Source of the DNA: Sphyrna mokarran
Lineage: Eukaryota
Reading direction: 5' to 3'
Assembly (NCBI GenBank): GCA_024679065.1
Contig: JAGIQG010000023.1
Span: 24,366,001 to 24,430,000, forward strand
Length of the DNA: 64,000 bases
The notes under the pieces were generated by a model. It had not been told where the DNA came from, searched no databases, and was given only the letters and a program-made list of their open reading frames with translations. This document shows positions 26,180-38,050 of the stretch, one piece after another. A program made the position numbers and the translations under genes. The first letter of the stretch is position 1; each line of letters starts with the position of its first letter.

Positions 26180-26960
26180 TTACAACAACAACAACAATTA
26201 GCATTTATCTGGCACTTTTAACATAGTAATAATTTCCAAGGCATGGCACAGTACTGAGAGGCAGTGGCATTTATCGCTGGACCATTAATACAGCATCTAA
26301 TGTTCTAGGGACCCAAGTAAAAAATCCTGCCATGGCAAATGGTGGAATTTGAATTCAACAAAAAAAAAATCTGGAATTAAGTATCTACTGATGACTATTG
26401 CGGATTGTTGAAAAAAACCATCAATAATATCTTGTAGGGAAGATCTGGCCTTCAGAGTCACAGCAATGTGGCTGACTCCCAAATGCCTTCCAAGGATAAT
26501 TAGGGCAATAAATACTGGCCAGCCACTGATGCCTATATCCCATGAATGAATTTTAAAAAATCAAATGAATTTTGACATCAAACACAGAAGTAGATTTTCG
26601 GATAAATCAGTAAAAACTTCATCAAGGAGATAGATTTGAAGTGTCGTCTTAAAAGAAGAAAGAAATACTTAAGGAGGGAATTGGAGAATGTAGGGACTTG
26701 GCAGCGGAAGGTACCAGTGGTGGAATGATTACAATGAGGGGATGCTCAAGAGGGCCAGAATTGAGAAGTACTGCTATTTTAAAAGGAGCTGGATGAGATA
26801 AGGAAATGCAAGGCCATAGAGGAATCTGAAGATATGGATTAGAATTTTTTTAAAATCAAGCATCTTCTTAACTGGAAGCCAGTCGAACCTAACCAACACA
26901 GGAGTTAATGGCTGAGTGGTACTCGGTACAAGTTAGGACATAACTTTTGGATGACCTGAT
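26180..26960 (-). mobile_element. Old L2 LINE 3' fragment containing a family-2 SINE (26256-26560)
   Basis: (CAA)n-like tail then gcatttatctggcacttttaac, the reverse complement of the L2 end at 1790-1840. A similar piece lies at 36800-37090. Confidence 0.55.
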
Positions 26961-28130
26961 TTGATAGAGGTATCCAAAATCACCAGTTGTGAGATCAGAG
27001 TAGAACAGTTTCCATTGGTGGAAGAACCGAGAATGAGAAGGCACAAATTTAAGTCATTCGGCAAAAGAAGCAACAGAGATATGGGCCGAATGTTTTTCAC
27101 AGCGTGTTTAAGATACAGAAAAGATGGCCAAACAGACAGATAGGTGGCAGATGAAGTTCAGTGCAGAGAAATTTGAGGTGATTTATTTTGACAAGAAAAA
27201 CATGCGTGCGACTTGAAAGCAGATGCAGAGCAGACAGCCCTGGGTGAACATGTGCATGAGTCATAAAGATGGCAGAACAGATTGAGAATGCAATTAATAA
27301 AGCATCCGGTATCCTGAGCTTTATTAGCATGGAAATGGAGCATAAGAGCAAGGGGTTTATGTTGTGCTTGTGTAAAACATTAGTGAAAGATCAGCTGAAG
27401 GATTATATACAGTTCTGGGTACCGCATTTTAGCAAGGATGTGAAGGCATTGCAGAAAAGATTATAGAAATGGATCCAGGGATGAGGAACTTCAGTTGCAT
27501 GGATAGCTTGGAAAAGTTGGGACTGTCTTCATTCGAGAAAAGAAGATTGAAAGGAAATTTGATAGAGATGTTCAAAATCATGACAGGTCTAGACACAGTA
27601 GATAGGGGGAAACTGTTCCTGCTCATGAAAGGGTTGAGATTGAGAAGGCACAGATTTAAAGTAATTATAAAAGAAGCCGTAGTGATAAGAGAAAAAACTT
27701 TTTCCACACAGTGAGTGATTAGCATCTGTATTGCACTGTCTGAGAATGTGGTGGAAGCAGCTTCAATCTGAGCCTTCAAAAGGGAATTTGATGCTTGTTT
27801 GAAAAGAAACAATGTTCAAGGTTATGGGGAAAAGGCAGGAGAATGGCATAATGTGTGTCGTTCATTCAAAGACCCAGTGCAGATGTGATGGGCTGAATGG
27901 GCTCCTTCTGCAGCTGTATCAATTCTGTGATTGCCTGAGAATGCGATGGGGACAGAATCAATCAAGGCGTCCAAGAAGGAATTAGATTGTTATCTGAATA
28001 GGAAGAAGGTGCAGGGCTAACAAAGAGTAAACAGGGAAATAATATAAGATTAATTGTTCATTCGGAGAGTTAGCACATACAAAACAAGTTGTGTGATATC
28101 CTTTTGTGCTGTAATACTTCTGTGATTCTG
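26960..28130 (+). mobile_element. Cluster of three old CR1 3' fragments
   Basis: WQMKFSAEK, KASGILSFI, IQFWVPHFSKDVKAL, LGLSSFEKRRLKGNLIEMFKIM. Two 3' ends ending ttctgtgatt, at about 27930 and 28128. Confidence 0.85.
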
Positions 28131-29059
28131 CAAAATTACAAAGTGCACTATAAGATGCAATTTCAAGCTGTTAGATTGCTCCAATTTATGGTGGTTTTTC
28201 CATCCATTGCTTATAAGACACAAATCATTTTCTCACCAGCACACTTACTTTAAGTGGTGGCAACTATATTTATGAAGAACAGACCTGCAAATAATGATGA
28301 GAATGGAGAAAAAGTACTGCAGCTGGAAGTGAACAAACTGCTTTAATCAATCTAATAAACAGCCAACTCAACCAGTCTACAAATCTGGGAATCACTACGG
28401 AATGTTCTAGCATCTTGTAACATCTCCAGAGAGGTTTGTCCATAATTATAATATCTAAATTTGGCTCCATTCCTGAGATTTTTGCCAGTGTTTAAAATTA
28501 ACTTCTGTTCTCCGGGTTTGGAAAGTCTGACAGCTGAAGGAAGGTGGGAGTAAGTGAATCCAAAGTGCCTACGGGCCAGGGCGAGCTAAGGATTATCCTG
28601 AATATTGTCCAACTGTTAACATCGACAACTGACTTCTACACACCTGTCAGACAGCCAGCAGGCAGGTGGTAAAGGGAATTCAAAATTGATTTCTAAAGTT
28701 GCATTGCTAAATTTGATGAGAATCATCGAATCGCTGCAGTGTAAAAGGAGGACATTTGGGCCATTGAGCATACTCCGATTTCTGGAAGCACCCTGATACT
28801 GAGGGAGAATTTAGCATGGCCAATCCACCTAACGCACTCATCTTTGCACTGAGGGAGGAAACCATAAATCCCATTATGATCCTCTTGCAAGATTTAGCAG
28901 TCATGATGCGATTTATAGCTGTGGCTAACGGACCGAAAAAATCACGCCCAATATTCTTAAAGAGGAGAACAGCCACTTACCTTGTTAAAGTGCTATATTT
29001 ATTGATTTCTAATATAGGAATTTATGGGAAATTAAGCAGAGGAAAGAATTTTTCCGAGA

Positions 29060-29345
29060 GCATAAATAAGAGGAGCAGTAGGCCATTTGACCCTTTAACT
29101 TTGTGGTGCCATTCTCAGGCATCATGGCTGATCTTTTATCTCAGCTTTATCTACCTGAATTATAGCAAATTCTTTAACCCAAGAGTCTATCAGTATCTTG
29201 AATATACTCAGCTACTATGCATCCACTTTGGTAGAGAATTCTGAAGATTCATAGTCCTTTGAAAGAAGACATTTCTCCACATTTCAATCCTATATGGCTG
29301 ACACCTGACTATAAGATTGTGATCTCCTAATTCGAGATTCCCTGT
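29060..29345 (-). mobile_element. CR1 3' end fragment
   Basis: aggagcagtaggccatt...atcatggctgatc...ggtagagaattctgaagattc is the reverse complement of a CR1 3' UTR. Confidence 0.7.
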
Positions 29346-30650
29346 CCTTGTTTTCTCATTTTTTTAAGTTGTATCTCCAATATTATATAACTTCTTTGTC
29401 ATTGAACTACCATCTAATCTCTCGTATTTTCTCTGACATAGTCTGTTATTGAATAAGTGCGCAGCCCTAAGGCACTGCTGTATCAGTGAAACTAAGTCTC
29501 CTTAACCTTAGTTCCCTGTTTTTCACACATTTCTCCTTATCTTTAAGTTGTATCATCTATATATTTACAACTTCATCATTAAATTATCGTTTAAGTCTTT
29601 TATTTTCTTACTTGGTCTGCTTAACAAATAAATGTGTGGCATTCTGGCACTGCTGTCTCAGCAAAACTAAGTCTCCTTACCTTACTTTCCTGTTTAACTT
29701 AAGTGTCTAATCAGCGTGCCCTTCGGGGACCTGCTGCGTGTGGGTAATGTCTTTTCCTTTACCTTCATCGCAGTCTTTCATTTTACCTTAGTACCCACAA
29801 GGGGTCTGGATGTTTAATGGATCCAGCAATTCAGAATGGGCAGCCTCCCTCTCCACTAAAAAAGTGAGCAAACTTTAATTAAAAATATACGCTCACCCTA
29901 TATAGAAATGCGCTCACTCGATCATCAGCTCCAAATTATCCAGGGCTAAATTGTTGTGAGATTTCTTCCAAGTGGCCTAATTAATGTAAGGACTAAATCT
30001 CTTCATTAAACATTTCATTTCTCGAGACTAGAAAAGTTTATTCTGTTCAATTAAATCCTTCAATTAAACTAGTTTTTACTAAAAGCATTGAAATGTTAGG
30101 ATAAAAAAAATTATAAAATTAAAATATTAAAAAAAATACAAACATGCAATTAAGACAAGACAAATCTCATTTTGGCTGAAAGGGAGATCTCTAGTTTCGC
30201 CTACACAGCAAATGCGCTATCAAGCTTTCTCAAAAGATTTCCGTTTCCATGCCAAAAAGTAGAACAGTTACACTTTTTGATATCAGATTACACAGCCTAG
30301 TTCTTAATTAAAATCAATTTTATTCACTCACAGTCCTGTCAATCTAACATATGCACGTCCTTCATTCAATTATAGTTTTAAATACAGATTTGTTATTCGC
30401 TAATTCTTACTGATTGCATCTGTGCCTCATTAAAAATGGCTTCTTATTGTTATGTGGCATGAGGCATTATCTTCTATTGTGAGTTAGTTTTTTTTTCTAG
30501 TTTAAACTCATTTCCTTACATTTGATATTGACCTGCTGTCAGGTGGTCATACCAGGATATGATGTAGAAATGCCAGCGTTGGACTGGGGTAAACACAGTA
30601 AGAAGTCTGACAACATCAGGTTTAAATCCAACCGATTTATTTGATAGTAA

Positions 30651-30690
30651 ACTCACAAGCTTTCGAACCTCTGGTCTTCGTCAGGTGAAT
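30651..30690 (-). ncRNA. Minimal type I hammerhead ribozyme, intact core
   Basis: Reverse complement ATTCAC CTGACGA AGACC aga GGTTC GAAA gc T T GTGAGT: CUGANGA and GAAA cores, 6-bp stem I (one GU), short stem II, palindromic AAGCUU stem III, predicted cleavage after CUU. Confidence 0.8.
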
Positions 30691-30720
30691 GAGGTGTTCT
30701 GTTTGAGACCAGAATACCTC

Positions 30721-30756
30721 ATTCACCTGACGAAGACACAAGAGTCGAAAGCTCGC
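30721..30756 (+). ncRNA. Minimal type I hammerhead ribozyme, intact core, weakened stem I
   Basis: ATTCAC CTGACGA a GAC acaaga GTC GAAA gc T C g. The 3' strand of stem I is eroded. Confidence 0.72.
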
Positions 30757-31380
30757 TTTTTTACTATCAAATAAATCGGTTGGATTATAAATTGGTGTTG
30801 CTAAATTCTTACTGATTTTACAGTAACAACTCCCTGAAACAAACAACTCCCATCATCTTATGCACTGTTCAAGGAACTCATTGTTTTGTAATTGCTGTTA
30901 TCAGTTAGTTATGCTCAGAGCTGTTCAGAATGGTTATCCAGCCTCACTTCTTATCAGGCAGGAAGAATAAAGATGTTAAACAGTTCTGCAGTTCAGCAGC
31001 ATGATGGCCATTTTCAAACCCATATTGCCTGGCTCTCAAAAAGTCTGGTAGAAACGAGGGTCAGGATTTAGGCCTCAGGAGATCTGGCCTAACCAAAAGT
31101 TCGTTAACTCTCAGCTGGACCAGACAACCCTGACGGTGGGCAGAGGTGGAATATCCCACCCAAGTTCCTTTTCAGAATACTTGAGCTTAGCTCAGCAAAA
31201 TTTTAAGAATTGGTCTATTTGTGCAGGCTTTAAATGTCTCAGTGAATGCTTAGATTTTCTCGACTTTTAAGATTTTGATCAAATTAAAGCAAACCTATGT
31301 TATTGAGGTTGCACTATACGGATAAGGGAGATGGCATGAATTCTTCCAATCTTTTTGCAGTTATCCAACTCAGCTTTAGG

Positions 31381-31675
31381 AGGTTCTGTGGCACAGTGGA
31401 TAGCATCCCTGCCTCTGACTCAGAAGCTCCAGGTTCGAGTCCCACCCCAGGGCTTGAATACCAAATGCGTTCATAACAGGTTGAGTGTCAACCTTTAAAA
31501 TCCTTCTAATAACTGTAAGAGTTGGAGATACTCCATGATTGGCTATGCTTCATGTGGAGTAGTACATCTCAAGCTACATGCCTCTGGCGACAGGTTAGCG
31601 ACCTGTTCCAGTTAAAAACCTGCAATTAGAATTTCTGAAAGTTTGTTGGAGTACCACAGAATGCAGGAAGAGAAA
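31381..31675 (+). mobile_element. tRNA-derived SINE family 3
   Basis: A box tggcacagtgg, B box ggttcgagtcc. Related head at 60155-60385; its 3' half is duplicated at 32781-32958. Confidence 0.75.
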
Positions 31676-32319
31676 CAAACAAACAGAGCAGCTTTGGAGG
31701 GCTACTTTTACACAAATCCCAGGAACCTCTGTTCACCATCCTCTAGCTCCAGGTGAAAGTCCTTGAAGTTCCCAATTCCACCTTGAGACTTCTTTTACCA
31801 CTTCAAATGAATATTTTTCTCACGCTGACTATCTTTCTTCTTGTCTTCAAAGTTTATTCTTTCCTAATCTATCCGTACAGCTCAACCTAATTTTATGTTT
31901 GTCGTAATCAATTTTGATGTTTTTCTTGACACCCCTTGATATTCTAATGCAGTGTTTGAGTGAATATATCATTTACTAACACATATATCCACTTAAATAG
32001 ATTATTCTCCCAAATGAGATGTCATCCTTCTTCCCATATTGCCTGATTAAAAACAACAGTATATTTTGTGGAACGTTTTTCTTTGAGTGATCAGGTTTGT
32101 AGGGTTGATTATTAGCTCTGAAGGTATATTGGCAAATCACCCCAGCTGTCAGGGTATGGATGTATTTAGCTGGAAATACACAGAATCTGCAGCATAGAAA
32201 TAGCTCATTTGGCAAACGAATAACATAGTCAATGCCACATGCATGCCAAACAAAAGTGATAGACACAGCTAAGCAATTCCATAACCAACATCTAAGTTCT
32301 GCAGTCCTGCCATGCCCTA

Positions 32320-33352
32320 CTGTGAATGGTAGTGGACAATTAAACAACTGACCAGAAGAATGAGTCTCCACAAATGTCTCCATCCTCAATGATTGGGGAG
32401 CCGAGCACATCAGTGCAAAAGACAAGGCTGAAGCATTTGTTGTCACCTTCAGAAGTTGCAAGTGGATGATCCTTCCAATACTCTTCTCAGCATTATAAAT
32501 ATTTTCAACTGATTTGATCCACTCCACATGATATCAAGAAATAACTGGACACAGCGCATCCCAGCAGCAATACTGAAGACTTGCATCATGCCCCTAGTCA
32601 AACAGTTCCACTACAGCTACAACATTGGCATTAATATAACAATGTGGAAAAATGTCCGGGTATGTCTTGTCCACAATAAGTAGGCAAATGCAATACCCTC
32701 TCTTCAGATTCCTCTTGACCATCAACAGAAATGAAAGATTTCCCATAGTGCTAACAAAAGGCACTTACACAACACTCACCAATCCTTCTAATATCTGTAA
32801 AAGTGGGAGAGACTCCATGATCAGCTATGCTTGATGCAGAGTCGTGCTCCTCAAGTTACACACCTCTGGCGATAGCTTAGCAACCTGTTCTAGTTAACAA
32901 CCTACAGTGAGAATGGCTGAAAGTCTGCTTTGCACATAACAGAGTACAGGAAGAGAAAGAAGCAAGTCCAATTGGTTCCTGACCTCATTACTATGTTGCT
33001 TCAGACATGAACAAACAGCTGAACTCAAGAGATGCGAGCGTGATCATTCTTGGAAAAACAACATTCAACTGAAGGTGACACCAAGGAATCCTTACAAAAT
33101 TGAAATCAGTTAGAATTGGGGAAAACTTTCTTCTTTTTGGAATCATATCTAGCAAAGAAGGAAGATGGTTATAACTTTTAAAGATCATTCATTTCAGCTC
33201 CAGGACATCACTACAGGAGATCCTTAGGGTAGTGTTCAAGGTCCAACCATCCTCAACTGCTTCATCATAAGGTTAGATATGGGGATGTTGGCTGATGATT
33301 GCATCATGTTCAGCAGCATTCATGAATCTTCAGATAGTGAAGAAGTCCATGT
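32320..33352 (+). mobile_element. Degenerate CR1-group LINE RT fragment, same family as 52950..54225
   Basis: WTIKQL...ILND.GAEHISAKDKAEAF; later P.GSVQGPTILNCFI...MLADDCIMF. A 3' part of the same family lies at 34965-35560. Confidence 0.75.
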
Positions 33353-33587
33353 TGATGGTACAAAAGTAGATAGAAAAGAAAGGAGGACACGAAAGGTGGC
33401 ATGTTTTGGCACCTCCCCCTCCCCTGGGGCTTCTTTTCCATTGGCTACTGGCAGGATCTTCCAGTCCTGTCAATGTCTATGGCATTTTGCGTGGCTTGCC
33501 TTTCCTACCACTGAGGAACCTTCCAATGAGGAAGGTCAACCAGAATATCCTATCAACAGGAAGCGTTGTAAAATCCCATGCCAAGTG

Positions 33588-34660
33588 TTTGCAAAGAGAT
33601 CTGAATAGGTTAAGTGAGTGGGCAGAAAATTGACAAATGCTATATAATGTAGAAAAATGTCCATTTTGTCAGGAAGATCAGCAAGGAGAATACTATTTAA
33701 ATGTGGAGAAATTGCAGAATGCTGCACAGCAAAGTGATTTGGGGGTTCTCATGCCTGAATCACAAAATGTCAGCATGCAGGTGCAGCAGTTAATTAGAAA
33801 GGCAAATACAATGTTAGCCTTTACTGCAAGATTATAAAAGCAGAGAAGCCTTGCTACAACTTGCTACAATGCCCTACAATGCAGGGCATTGATGAGACTT
33901 CACCAAGTGTACTGCATACTGTTTTAATCTCCTTCATGTCATGCTGAATAAGATAATATTCCATTCATACTTTAAAGCACAGGCTGTAATTTGTTCAGAA
34001 TCTTTTAGAACTAACTTTTCTTCTTTAAAAAAAACGTGGACATCAACAAGTGGTTAACAGGTGTATGAATACTGAGTAACTGACATAGAATTAGCTCTTC
34101 AAGGTTAAGATGAAATTAAATAATCCTCTTTATTTAAACTCACAAAAATTTGCTGCTGATTATTCAAAAGTTGACCATACGCGTAAGGTTTGAGAAACGT
34201 CTTGTTCCAAAGATATTTTTAAAAATACACTGATCATGCGCAGAATGGGAAGGGAATCAGAGATCCCAGTCTCCTTCTTATTTCTGTTTGTAATATTACT
34301 TGAGAACGGATTCTCTGATTGGAAACAGGTCAGAGAAGGATCACTATTTTGATTCTGGGGAAGAAGAATGTGTCTTATGAGAAAAGATTGAGCTTGTATT
34401 CATTGGCAGTTAAACAAATGAGCAGTTATTTTAATGAAAAATGAAAGGTTCTAAGGGGACTAGACACAACAGATGTTGAGACAATATTCTCTTTGTTGGA
34501 AAATCTAGGTCAATATGAAAATAAAGAATCTTCCATTTAAGATAGAGATGGAAAGGAATCTCCTCCCTGAGAGAGGTATTAATCTTTTGGAATACTCAAC
34601 ACTAGAGAGTAACTGGGATACTGAATATATCAAAGACCGAGTTAGATTTTTAATCTACAA
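33588..34660 (+). mobile_element. Old CR1 fragments (33588-33935 and 34325-34660)
   Basis: LQRDLNRLSEWAEN, YNVEKC, SDLGVL, IRKANTMLAF; later SYEKRL and PFKIEMERN. Confidence 0.75.
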
Positions 34661-34667
34661 GGAAACC

Positions 34668-34950
34668 ATTGTGGCACAGTGGATAGCACTGCAGCCTCAC
34701 AGTGCCAGGGACCTGAGTTCGATTCCTGGCTTGGGTCACTGTCCATGCAGAGTCTGCATATTCTTCCAATGTCTGCATGTGTTTCCTTGGAGCATTCTGG
34801 TTTCTGAAAGACGTCTTGGTTAGATGCATTGGCTATGCTAAATTCTCTTTCAGTGTACCCAAACAGGTGCCAGAGTGTGTGACTACGGGATTTTCAAGAG
34901 TAATTTCATTGCAGTGTTAATGTAAGCAGACTGACGCAAACCAATAAATA
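34668..34950 (+). mobile_element. V-SINE, type B tail
   Basis: gtggcacagtggatagcactgcagcctcacagtgccagggacctgagttcgattcc...cagtgtacccaaacaggtgccagagtgtgtgactacgggatttt. Confidence 0.88.
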
Positions 34951-36384
34951 TAAATATTTATATAAATGCTGTGACTACAAGAACAAGTCAGAGGCTCGGA
35001 ACCCTGTTGTGAGTAACTCAGCTCCTGACTTTCCAAAGCTTGGTTACCATCTACAAAGCACAAGTTAGGAATATGATGGAATACTCTCCACTTAATTGGA
35101 TATATGCAGCTCCATCAACATTCATGAACATTCCCATAATCCAGGACAAAGAAGTCCAGTTGATCATTATTCTACCACAAACTTATACATTCATACAAAC
35201 ATTTGTATAAAAGCTTTCCATTCACTGATGCACACAATGGCAGTAGGATGTACCAAATACATGCAGCAATTCACCAAACATCCTTTGATATAACATCTTC
35301 CAAACCCTTGATCTCTTCGAAGGACTTGGGGGAAGCACATGAATGGAATCACTATCAGTCCAAGCTACACACAACCTTGACTTGAAGTTATATCGCTGTA
35401 CCTTCACTATCGTGGAATGTAACATCCTAGAACTCCTTCCCAATGCAGTGTGTGTGTACTGCCATCAGTACACACACTATTGCTATTGAAGAAACTGGCT
35501 CCCCGGCAATTGGAGATGAGCAAGAAATATTGGCCTTTCCAGTATACTCCTATCCTGCGATAGAATATAAAAATAGTGTATGCTGGCACTTAGACCCAAC
35601 ATGAGACTCCTCTCACATGAATTCCCTATTCTCACCCAATCCCCACCCCAGCCCCATTCCTACAACCACTTCACCCTTATGCATGCACCAAGGTTTCGTA
35701 AATGAAATAGTGCTACCTGTTTCAATTCCATGTGCAGTGAGCTCCACATTCTCACCATGCACAGTGTAAAGAAACTCTTCCAATGGGAAAATGAGAGTAA
35801 ACAACCAGAAGTTATAATTCACAAAGGAATCAATTCCTTTGGAATTGATGGTAGGATGAAAGGGTGGAAGCTTTGCAAAAGAGGTTTGAGTACTTTTATC
35901 TTGGATCTTCTAAGCAAGGTTCAGCAAATTTAGTTTTACAATATACTCATTAATGAAAGATTACATTAATCTTTGGATTAATGGAAAGGTGGTTTAGGAG
36001 AGAACATCTTCTATTTGGGTACTGGTTCTGATGTGCTGCCAAGAAGATAATAGGGCAGTGGGAAGGATTTCATGATCCAAAAACAAATTAACAATCGTTT
36101 TGGGTTATAAAGGGTTAACCGAGCAAAATTCAAATCTAATTTTCTTTCAGCTCAGCATTCTCTGCATCCCAATAAAGCACCTGTTGAGGACTAGTATCAT
36201 TGCATTCAGAAATGGTGGCTTTATTAATCTTCCTAGAAATGAAGTTGAATAAGCAAAATTCTGTTGAGACATCCATGTTCTTGTTTATCCTGCCACCCGA
36301 AGAAAGATTTTATTAATTGGAAAGGCAACATGTAGTGAATTGTTTCCTCCAAACTATTTCCTAAAAGTAGTTATACATTTGAAT

Positions 36385-36565
36385 ACATTGAAAAGGCAGC
36401 AGGATATAGCACTTGAGGTGAATGAGATCAAAGGTTATGGGGAAAAAGCAGGATTAGGTTATTGAGTTGGATGATCAGCCATGATCATAATGAATGGTAA
36501 GAATAGGCTTGAAGGACTAAATGGCCTCTTCTTGCTCCTGTTTTCTTTGTTTCTATATTTCTATT
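36385..36565 (+). mobile_element. CR1 3' end
   Basis: gatcaaaggttatggggaaaaagcagga...gatcagccatgatc...atggcctcttcttgctcct followed by a ttctat tail. Confidence 0.75.
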
Positions 36566-37336
36566 TTGTTATAAGACTATGAACAGACCTTCTACTAATT
36601 ATGAAATATGAAACTATGGGCAAGGTTCTTTGGCTATTCATGCCAACAGGATCTTTCTGTCCTGCTGCAGTGAATGGAGATTTGACTGAGCTTTTAGGGT
36701 GGTAGAACTTGAATGGCCAGAAAATACCAGCCTATACTGGGAAAACTTCAATTTGTTAGCGAAAATCCAAATTCTTATCGTGGTGAGGCTTCTTATCACG
36801 TATTGATATGTTGTCTTTAATACAATAATATGTTCCATGGCATTTCACAGGATTAAAAATAAAGTTTGACATAAAGTTTGAGGGCAGATAGTCAAAAGTT
36901 GGTCTAAGAGATCAGTTTAAGGAGCATTTTAAAGAGAGGTAGGGAGGTGCAAGGTTTGAGGGAACAGATTGTAGTGCTTAGTGTAAAGATAGTTAAGGAT
37001 ACGCAGGCTGACAATATGGAATAACAAAAATCAGGAATGCTCAAGGAGCCAGGATTAAATGAGTATAGATATCTCAGAAGGTTGGTAGCCAGCACAAATT
37101 GATGGATTTTCATTTCTGTACAATTACTCCTACTTCCAAGTAGGATTCATCTCTTGCCATCAAAACTCTAGTTATTTCTATTAAATTCTATCAGGCTCCT
37201 TTAACCTTTTGTAGATCATATCATGTCTAAATTTATGAATGGATTGGAAATACACCCATATGATGCCAACAAAAAACCTTACTGAGCTTCTATCTTTTTC
37301 TGTTTCTGTATAACCTTAACCCCCTTACAATTATGA

Positions 37337-37713
37337 TACAGTAAGAAGTCTCACAACACCAGGTTAAACTCCAATAGGTTTATTTAGTATTAGCTGTCAC
37401 AGCAATGTCCCTTCATCTGTTGAGTTTGACATCATCAATTATTCCTAATCATATTCTTTAGTATGGATACCAAACAAAATGTGCAGGACAAGATATTCTA
37501 GAAGAAAATATTAACAATTTATAAGATGGGAAATTATACTCAAACCAATACCTATTTATTAAATAAGTCTTTCCAATTATTGCACGCACCTGATGAAGGA
37601 GCAGTGCTCTGAAAGCTTGTGATACCAAATAAACCTGTTGGACTTTAACCTGGTGTTATGAGACTTCTTACTGTGTCCATTTTAGTCCAACACCAGCATC
37701 TCCACATCATGGC
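37337..37713 (+). mobile_element. Penelope-pLTR inverted-arm cassette enclosing captured local DNA; 11-bp TSD
   Basis: Arms at 37338-37425 and 37587-37674, plus tail to 37713. Perfect TSD TACAATTATGA at 37326-37336 and 37714-37724. Interior 37431-37580 matches 38585-38734. Confidence 0.9.
37587..37621 (+). ncRNA. Minimal type I hammerhead ribozyme, intact core
   Basis: CAC CTGATGA a GGAGC agt GCTCT GAAA gc T T GTG: intact core, 5-bp stem II (one GU), palindromic AAGCUU, 3-bp stem I. Confidence 0.82.
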
Positions 37714-37726
37714 TACAATTATGACA

Positions 37727-38050
37727 GGCATGGCATTGTGGTACAATGGTTAGCATTGCTGCTTCACAACACCAAGGTCTTGGGTTTGATTCCTGGCTTG
37801 GTCACTATATAGAGTTTTCACATTCTCCCCATGACTGCGAGAGTTTCCTCCATGTGCTCCGGCTTCCTCCCACAGTCTAAAGGTGTACAGGTTAGGTGAA
37901 TTGGCCATGCTTAATTGCTCCTTAACGTCAGAGAGACTAGTTAGGGTAATTGGATAGGGTTATGGGGATATGATCTGGGTAGGATTTTGGTCGGTGCAGA
38001 CTTGATGGGCCAAATGATCTCCTTCTGCACTGGAGGGATTCCATGATTCA
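37727..38050 (+). mobile_element. HE1 V-SINE, type A tail
   Basis: gtggtacaatggttagcattgctgcttcac...gtcggtgcagacttgatgggccaaatgatctccttctgcactggagggattccatgatt. Confidence 0.9.

Larger units (their letters stand above)
30559..30814. mobile_element. Non-coding palindromic Penelope-pLTR cassette with a hammerhead motif on each strand
   Basis: Arms 30596-30701 and 30710-30814 are inverted around the 8-nt spacer tttgagac; the inner 27 bp have 1 mismatch. A tail of about 37 nt is on the left arm only. Confidence 0.9.

Noticed and set aside
31381-31455. tRNA-like heads here and at 5733, 17700, 34668 and 60155 as tRNA genes
   Set aside because: They continue directly into SINE bodies and do not form full cloverleaves.
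31976-32527. 183-aa minus-strand ORF
   Set aside because: Partly antisense to a LINE remnant and partly unique DNA, with no domain and no splice evidence.
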